From the IMG/VR virus record IMGVR_UViG_3300008448_000127, positions 1 through 51,414 of that record: a stretch of 51,414 nt of DNA. One strand, written 5' to 3'. This document shows positions 45,982 through 51,414 of this stretch, one piece after another (position 1 is the stretch's first letter; each line of letters starts with the position of its first letter). Both the position numbers and the translations under genes were made by a program. The notes beneath the pieces are model-generated. The model ran no database searches, was not told where the DNA came from, and worked only from the letters and a program-made list of their open reading frames with translations. Origin of the DNA: a virus. Lineage: Duplodnaviria; Caudoviricetes.

Positions 45982-46658
45982 AGCGGCATCCTTTCGATGT
46001 AGGCTGTTTGCGAATCGATCACTACTCCACAGGAAATGATCGGTTTAGCGGAGAACTTTGTTCCATACTCCAACTGCATGTGCTTACGGTCTATGCCGGT
46101 GCCGACCTGCATACCGAAGATAATGTTCGCTTCGTTAGCGTGGTACCATAGCCCGCCCTGAGAGTGGTGGTGTCCTTGCACTACAGAGCAAAACTCAGCT
46201 TGAGCATTCTTCAGTGCGGCTTGTTGTCCACCTTTGCCTTGGTCGCCATGCTGGTACAGCACACCATCGAGCACAAGTTTGTGGTATCTCGGATAGACTT
46301 GCCAACCTCGTGGTAACTCGAACAGGTCTTTGAAGTCGCGCAGTAATCGCTGTGGTAACCCAGCGGTTGTGGCTTGGCGTTGGGCAAGACTGTCGTGGTT
46401 GCCCAGGAGTAGATGAGCCTTAGGGAATCTGTCTGTGAGTAATCGAATCTGCTCAATTGCCTCGTCAATTTCTGAGGAAGAACATGATTCAGGTGATTTC
46501 TCGTGATAACTGATGCAGTGGTTATCGACCAAGTCACCGATGTGAATAACACGTTTGCAGTTGTACTTGTCTGCTATTTTTACCAAGAAGTCAGGATACT
46601 CAGGTAGCATTGCTGGTGCATGACAGTCTCCGATGATGAGAGTAACAGTACTTCTCAT
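45978..46658 (-). CDS. Calcineurin-like metallophosphoesterase
   Basis: Motifs GDCH, GDLVD, GNHD, QHG, GHHH. Confidence 0.9.
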   Translation of the reverse strand: MRSTVTLIIGDCHAPAMLPEYPDFLVKIADKYNCKRVIHIGDLVDNHCISYHEKSPESCSSSEIDEAIEQIRLLTDRFPKAHLLLGNHDSLAQRQATTAGLPQRLLRDFKDLFELPRGWQVYPRYHKLVLDGVLYQHGDQGKGGQQAALKNAQAEFCSVVQGHHHSQGGLWYHANEANIIFGMQVGTGIDRKHMQLEYGTKFSAKPIISCGVVIDSQTAYIERMPL

Positions 46659-46740
46659 GATTACCTCAAGGGGATGAAGTAATGTTTGGTACAAGTGGTA
46701 ACACTTGTGACTGTTGCATAACCCCTCTATCCCCACGAGC

Positions 46741-46952
46741 AATAAAAACAAGCCTTTACTGGCTTGTCTTGTTTTGATGCTGGTGAGTTGGGCTACACAA
46801 CGTCGTTGTGACTGTTGGCATGTTACCTCGCATCATGTTGCTTTACATCGTTGATGCGACAAGTCATTGCTCTTGCCTCTTCCGATGGTGCACGGCTTTT
46901 CTATACCGTGGGGATCACTAGTAGCCGTTCAAGCACGGCAAACACGCTGTGT
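46741..46952 (-). ncRNA. Candidate ~210-nt structured small RNA or leader ending in an intrinsic terminator
   Basis: Upstream promoter, four hairpins, then ACAAGCC/GGCTTGT plus TTTTATT; no ORF of 60 aa or more. Confidence 0.5.
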
Positions 46953-46958
46953 GGCTGA

Positions 46959-46987
46959 ATCATGGTCGAACGGTCAGGTTCTGTCAA
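46959..46987 (-). promoter_or_regulatory. Sigma70-type promoter TTGACA-N17-CATGAT
   Basis: Located in the divergent intergenic region. Confidence 0.6.
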
Positions 46988-47150
46988 TGGATTCTCTGGA
47001 TATTTGCTGTAATCGCACAGATTGGCCCGTAAACGCATAGTTTTGCTCAGGATGACCTTAGACTCATCTTGCCGCGTGGAGGCTCTCTACGGGCCTGTAA
47101 TGCGTTTGTGCTGTACAGAATGGTGTACAAAGAATCTTGATACAGTTCTG

Positions 47151-47178
47151 TTGACATGTGCCACAGATTGGTTACAGT
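47151..47178 (+). promoter_or_regulatory. Sigma70-type promoter TTGACA-N16-TACAGT
   Basis: About 40 nt upstream of the first gene of the thyX operon. Confidence 0.65.
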
Positions 47179-47215
47179 GCTGGTGGTTTTACTTCAAATG
47201 TTTCTGGAGAAAGAG

Positions 47216-47563
47216 ATGACAGAAGATAGTAAGGTACCAATCAAGCTACACGTTAATGGTCAGTTTGTTGGGTACATCGAAAAGTTGGAGTATGAACGGC
47301 CAGTGCAGGAATTGCCGTCTGTGGACGGTTATGCCCGGTTTGCTCCTGGTAATGAGATCAGGCTAAGTGTTGAACTTACTACGCCAGTAAGTTTGCAGGA
47401 AAAGTGGAGGTTGGTGGAAAAGGGTGAGGAAGTACGGGACACAGACGAGTGGTATAGTGTAGTAGAAATGCAATGGTATCCGCTGTCTATGTTCTATCCA
47501 AACATTGATTGTAAACTGGCTGATGACGATCTTTACCGTAGAAAGGTTCTGGTGTGTGTATGA
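47216..47563 (+). CDS. Hypothetical protein with C-terminal WRL..GE...DEW module
   Basis: GGAG RBS and ATG at 47216. Confidence 0.75.
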   Translation: MTEDSKVPIKLHVNGQFVGYIEKLEYERPVQELPSVDGYARFAPGNEIRLSVELTTPVSLQEKWRLVEKGEEVRDTDEWYSVVEMQWYPLSMFYPNIDCKLADDDLYRRKVLVCV

Positions 47564-48396
47564 CGTTTAACGCAAAGATACTGGCAGACAGTACCAACAC
47601 GCTTGGTAACCGTTTGCTCACAATGGAAATGACTTATCCTCGGTTTGTTCATGCAGAGCATCTGAGGCATAGGATGTTTTCGTTCAACGTAGCATCCAGT
47701 AGGGCTATCCCTGTGGAGAAGATGATTGAGCAGGTAGAGAAGAATCCTGTCATTCCGATTCATTGGGGCAAGGCTCAGCGGGGGATGCAGGCTTACGAGC
47801 AGTTTACTGGTGTTGATGCGAATGAGTGTGTAGATCGATGGTTAACCGCCAGAGACTATGCTCTCGGTGCAGCAGAAGGGATGCTCGATCAAGGTCTGCA
47901 CAAACAGATCATCAATCGCATTCTGGAACCGTGGATGTGGTGTACCGTCATCTGTACCGGCAACATTGGTGCTTGGAATAACTTCTGGGCACTAAGGTGT
48001 CATCCAGAAGCTGAACCGCATATCAGGAAGATTGCGGAAATGACTGAAGGCATTGCTCGAAACAACGTCAGTCATCAACTTGCTGAAGGTGAATGGCATC
48101 TGCCATTGATTGGGTTTGACGGTGACGGTGAACTCAGCTTTGAGGACGCTGTGAAGGTGTCTGCTGGTCGTTGTGCTCGGGTTAGCTACTTAACGCACGA
48201 CGGCCAGAGAGATGTTCAGGCTGATATTGCTTTGCATGATCGATTGATTGCATCAAAGCATTTTAGTCCTACTGAGCACCAGGCACAGAATGTGAGCAAC
48301 TTGGCTTATGGTGCATGGGCTAATGGTAGTCTTGGTGATGGGTGGATGCAGTACAGAAAGACTCTGAAAGGAGAGTATCAGAATGAAAGTAGGTGA
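47560..48396 (+). CDS. thyX: FAD-dependent thymidylate synthase
   Basis: Motifs RHRMFSFNVASSR (RHRx7S), HKQ..NR, LR.HPEA.P.I, H.SP.EH. Confidence 0.92.
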   Translation: MTFNAKILADSTNTLGNRLLTMEMTYPRFVHAEHLRHRMFSFNVASSRAIPVEKMIEQVEKNPVIPIHWGKAQRGMQAYEQFTGVDANECVDRWLTARDYALGAAEGMLDQGLHKQIINRILEPWMWCTVICTGNIGAWNNFWALRCHPEAEPHIRKIAEMTEGIARNNVSHQLAEGEWHLPLIGFDGDGELSFEDAVKVSAGRCARVSYLTHDGQRDVQADIALHDRLIASKHFSPTEHQAQNVSNLAYGAWANGSLGDGWMQYRKTLKGEYQNESR

Positions 48397-49015
48397 TGGG
48401 TATAGACAATTGATGCGAAGTGACATAATTAGCGAAGGTGATGAGTGGTATGACTCTTTCGGTATATGGCACCCTGTAAGTGGAAGTACGATAGGTCAGG
48501 GGTATTGGACCTATGCAGGACGCTGCATAAGACGTAAAACGGAAAATAAAGTTGAGACTTCTCCTGCACCAGAACATACTAAGGAATCCAATCCGAAGGA
48601 TGCCATCGGTAGTACCAAGCCTCCAATTGCCAATGTTCCTCTCTCAGTACTTTCTGAGGTAGGAATGGCACTGGCTGAAGGTCAGTACAAGTATGGAGGG
48701 TACAACTGGCGTGTGATCGGGGTAAGGGCATCAGTCTATTGGGATGCCACATTCCGTCATATCAAGGCTTGGTGGGAAGGTGAGGACGTTGATCCAGACA
48801 GCAAGCTGAGCCATATCACAAAGGCTATCAGTGCTCTGATGGTTTTACGTGATGCTATGATTCAGGATAACTGGACTGATGATCGTCCTCCCAGAAGTAA
48901 GCAGAAGCCTGAAGAGGTTGCTGCGATGTACAAAGAAATGTTGGAACGGTTGAAAAGTCTTCAGCCTGATCCGGTACCGGGATATACTCAGAAAGGAATT
49001 GAAGATGTCAAGTGA
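48383..49015 (+). CDS. DUF5664 (dATP/dGTP diphosphohydrolase-type) domain protein with N-terminal YR...DEW module
   Basis: Pattern NPKDAIG..K.P...VP...G..KYG.YNWR...RH...W..GED.DPDS.LSH. Confidence 0.85.
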   Translation: MKVGDGYRQLMRSDIISEGDEWYDSFGIWHPVSGSTIGQGYWTYAGRCIRRKTENKVETSPAPEHTKESNPKDAIGSTKPPIANVPLSVLSEVGMALAEGQYKYGGYNWRVIGVRASVYWDATFRHIKAWWEGEDVDPDSKLSHITKAISALMVLRDAMIQDNWTDDRPPRSKQKPEEVAAMYKEMLERLKSLQPDPVPGYTQKGIEDVK

Positions 49016-49202
49016 TGAAGGTGCATCGTTTTTACTAGGTGCTGCTTTAATGGGCGTGCTAGTGCTGGTAGTTTGTTCAATCGTACACAAAGGTAGTATG
49101 AACGCTTGGGAGAAGCAGTGCATCGAGTATGGAGCAGCACAGTACAGCCCAACAACAGGTGAATTTGAATGGAAAGAGAAGGTTGAAGATGGCTCGAAAT
49201 GA
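49005..49202 (+). CDS. Small single-TM membrane protein
   Basis: Segment FLLGAALMGVLVLVVCSIV. Confidence 0.7.
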   Translation: MSSDEGASFLLGAALMGVLVLVVCSIVHKGSMNAWEKQCIEYGAAQYSPTTGEFEWKEKVEDGSK

Positions 49203-49389
49203 TGGAGACACAGCAGTGTATGGTGTCAGTGCCCTGAAGACTTTCTGGGCAAAAGCAGATGAAGTAGCTGACGAAATGGGTTTGTCTCGATCAGCAGCCA
49301 TTGTGGATGCCTGTATGAAGCAATGGAAGACAAAGGGTTTAGGGTCAAAAGGTCCAGGTCGTCCTAAGAAGAAAGTGGTGAAGAAATGA
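49189..49389 (+). CDS. Ribbon-helix-helix-like DNA-binding protein with basic GRPKK tail
   Basis: Pattern VYGVS...ADEVADEMGLSRSAAI. Confidence 0.7.
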   Translation: MARNDGDTAVYGVSALKTFWAKADEVADEMGLSRSAAIVDACMKQWKTKGLGSKGPGRPKKKVVKK

Positions 49390-49940
49390 CACAGTACAGA
49401 TTGTTGGATAACACCGTTGATATTATTGAAGCGACTGATGAGTTTTGGGATACTGCAGTACGTAAATGGAAAGTGGTACCGCACCATTTTGTTGGCGAAA
49501 GGTTCTACGCGGTTATCCCGTATCGACGGGCTATTCCTGACCCAGAAAATATTGAGCAAGAATCTGCTGTAGCCCCAGGTGAAGACTGGAGGCTGGTCAA
49601 AGATGATGAGATTGTTCTACCTACCGATGAAAGGAGGTTTGTGAACAACCCCAGGGGGAACTGGTCGTTAGTTACTCCAGGTACTACCTTGCGATCGTTC
49701 ATTGAAGGCGAGTCTGTTACGTACGCACAGATTAAAGAACGGCCTGTATGGAGGTCTGTTGTATTCAGGCGACGTGCTACGAAGAAGATTGTACTCAAGG
49801 AATACCTTGAACGGTACGGTGAGCATTACAGGACTGAATGGCATAATGGGAATGTAGAGAACTGCAAAGGTGCAGGGTTCATTATGCCTGATGAGTCGTG
49901 GCCAACAGGTCAGGAAAGAGAGATTGAGATTACTGCCTAG
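49386..49940 (+). CDS. Hypothetical protein with two tandem YRL/WRL...DE modules
   Basis: Internal repeat is visible in the translation. Confidence 0.8.
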   Translation: MTQYRLLDNTVDIIEATDEFWDTAVRKWKVVPHHFVGERFYAVIPYRRAIPDPENIEQESAVAPGEDWRLVKDDEIVLPTDERRFVNNPRGNWSLVTPGTTLRSFIEGESVTYAQIKERPVWRSVVFRRRATKKIVLKEYLERYGEHYRTEWHNGNVENCKGAGFIMPDESWPTGQEREIEITA

Positions 49941-49950
49941 TTCAAGGCAT

Positions 49951-49996
49951 AAATAAACCCCGCTCAGACTTATTATCTGGCGGGGTCTTTTTGTTT
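49951..49996. terminator. Bidirectional intrinsic terminator
   Basis: Stem ACCCCGC(T)CAGA/TCTGGCGGGGT followed by CTTTTTGTTT; same design as the terminator at 6722. Confidence 0.8.
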
Positions 49997-50252
49997 AGTC
50001 AACCTTGTCAACTGTTCCAGTGTAGTATCGGTGTCCTCCTGGTTGGCACATGAAACCTGCTGAGTCCTTTGCCATGAGTGTACGGCACTTGACTCGTGAA
50101 CCATAGACCTGTTGATGGTAGCAGTGGTTTTGGTAAGCATCCCAGACCATAGCATGTATCTCCTTGTGTATTTCTGGGATGACATTGGTACGGAAGTCGA
50201 TTGATTCTTGAAGTATACGTTGGGCACGTTCCACTGGTGTTTCCTCTATCAT
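49995..50252 (-). CDS. Hypothetical protein
   Basis: AGGA RBS; ends at the terminator. Confidence 0.6.
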   Translation of the reverse strand: MIEETPVERAQRILQESIDFRTNVIPEIHKEIHAMVWDAYQNHCYHQQVYGSRVKCRTLMAKDSAGFMCQPGGHRYYTGTVDKVD

Positions 50253-50262
50253 GATTAAGATC

Positions 50263-50772
50263 CTATCGTTTACCGTGTATTGGTGAAAAGCCGTGCTGAT
50301 GTTCTGCTTTTAGTCGGGCGTTAACTGCGGCACGTAAGGATTTGAATCTGCCAAGTTTAATTTGTTGTCTGTCAACGTAGATGTAAGCCAACCATTTGGT
50401 GTGTTGCTTATCCCAAGTAACACCTACGTGCCCAGAAGTGTTGTTGGAGTACAAAGGCATATTCTTCGTATTTTCTTGACGACAAACGTCTCTCAGGTTG
50501 CTTACGCAATTGTTCAACGTGTTTCCGTCTGTATGGTCAATTTCTATGGAAGGCCATTCACCGTGTTCTACAAGCCACACAAGCCTGTGAACTGCGTAGT
50601 TCTTACCAAGTATCTTCATACGCAGATATGGTTTACCTGATTTGTGATCGTAATTCTTACTTCCAAGGGGCTTTAAACCATTTTTCAGTCTACGGTAGAA
50701 CATGCCTTCCTCTTTGAAGTAAGCGTATCTGTTTTCTATCCACTGCAGTATTTGAACGTGTGTAGTCATCAC
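50263..50772 (-). CDS. HNH homing endonuclease with AP2-like domain
   Basis: Motifs HRLVW, IDHTDGNTLNN..SNLR, NTSGHVGV.W...KW.A.I...LG.F. Confidence 0.9.
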   Translation of the reverse strand: MMTTHVQILQWIENRYAYFKEEGMFYRRLKNGLKPLGSKNYDHKSGKPYLRMKILGKNYAVHRLVWLVEHGEWPSIEIDHTDGNTLNNCVSNLRDVCRQENTKNMPLYSNNTSGHVGVTWDKQHTKWLAYIYVDRQQIKLGRFKSLRAAVNARLKAEHQHGFSPIHGKR

Positions 50773-50780
50773 TACTCCTT

Positions 50781-51275
50781 CTACCTAAAATAGGTAATAC
50801 CTTTAATTTCATTTGTTTTAGCGTCAAGTACTTCAAGAGAAACTGCTTCAGGATTCGCCAAATAGTGTATGTCTTTCGGACTCATACCGATCTTCTCCAG
50901 AAGTTTGATCAGCATTGGTTGTTGTTTGGACAGGATGCTGAACCAGGCAGATGGAGCAGAGCCGAGGTAGTTACCTTCATCATCGTATCTGTGTACTACT
51001 TCTCCTTCCTCAGAAAGTTTACGACGGCATTTGTCCAGCAGGACAACGACTTCAACAAGTTCTGAGATGAGAAGTGTGTAAGTGCTAGAGAGGCAGTTGC
51101 GGTTTTCCATGTCAGCGACAATGAAATCCCAGAGTTGCTTCTTTACAGGGTCCGATGCGATACGTTCAGGTAATGTCATGTTCTGGGCAGTACATAGCTC
51201 AGTGCCCGGATCTGGTAAAGGGATACCTGAGAAGTAGTACAGTTCTGTAGCGGACTTACGTTTGGGGCGTGCCAT
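50781..51275 (-). CDS. terS: Terminase small subunit (P27 family-like)
   Basis: Pattern MARPKRK...LW...EEG.V...P.A.......LLEKIGMSP; AGGAG RBS. Confidence 0.8.
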   Translation of the reverse strand: MARPKRKSATELYYFSGIPLPDPGTELCTAQNMTLPERIASDPVKKQLWDFIVADMENRNCLSSTYTLLISELVEVVVLLDKCRRKLSEEGEVVHRYDDEGNYLGSAPSAWFSILSKQQPMLIKLLEKIGMSPKDIHYLANPEAVSLEVLDAKTNEIKGITYFR

Positions 51276-51414
51276 GATATCTCCTATGAAATGGTAGCAG
51301 GATTGTCCCAAGTGAGCACGAATGGTAATGGAATGAGAGGATCTGTCAATGGTATGTTTGCATTGTAGCACAATAATCATTAAACTCGTGGTAAGATTAG
51401 AATTTACGTGAAGG

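Noticed and set aside
13276-49015. Z-genome (2-aminoadenine) or 7-deazaguanine system
   Set aside because: No PurZ, HD-domain DatZ, DpdA or FolE/QueC/QueD homologue was recognised. DUF5664 and MazG alone are insufficient evidence.
1-51414. Integrated prophage, lysogeny module, DGR or retron
   Set aside because: No integrase, CI-like repressor, host flanking genes or reverse transcriptase was recognised.
1-51414. Alternative genetic code (stop-codon reassignment)
   Set aside because: Conserved genes translate full length under the standard code, and all three stop codons end genes.

Overview
The window looks like a complete or near-complete ~51 kb genome of a tailed dsDNA phage with an HK97-type head and a non-contractile tail. 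I see no integrase, CI-like repressor, CRISPR array, reverse transcriptase or canonical tRNA. Two short plus-strand operons of mostly hypothetical genes occupy 0.26-3.8 kb and 4.8-6.7 kb, separated by a ~620 nt ORF-free hairpin array. A long minus-strand block follows: a lysis-like module (holin, papain-like protease, secreted CxxC protein), replication genes (AAA+ helicase, C5 methyltransferase, primase, PolA, SSB, MazG, Sak4-like ATPase, two PD-(D/E)XK nucleases, ParB-like protein), a glycosyltransferase/methyltransferase/radical SAM cluster, then tail, head and terminase genes. A plus-strand ThyX/DUF5664 operon, an HNH gene and terS close the right end. A Planctomycetota-like host is suggested by the Cys-rich tail proteins and gene types, but this is inference only. 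The most notable unexplained signals are: (1) a glycan-synthesis cluster beside virion proteins that share a GTGT(G) motif; (2) a strand-polarised TTTCTGRGRARG motif across the genome; (3) two anticodon-less tRNA-elbow-like RNAs and two other structured ncRNA candidates; (4) a PolA with paired E710Q/Y766F-equivalent changes; (5) a lysis module with no recognisable peptidoglycan hydrolase. All product calls come from motif recognition by eye; no database searches were run.
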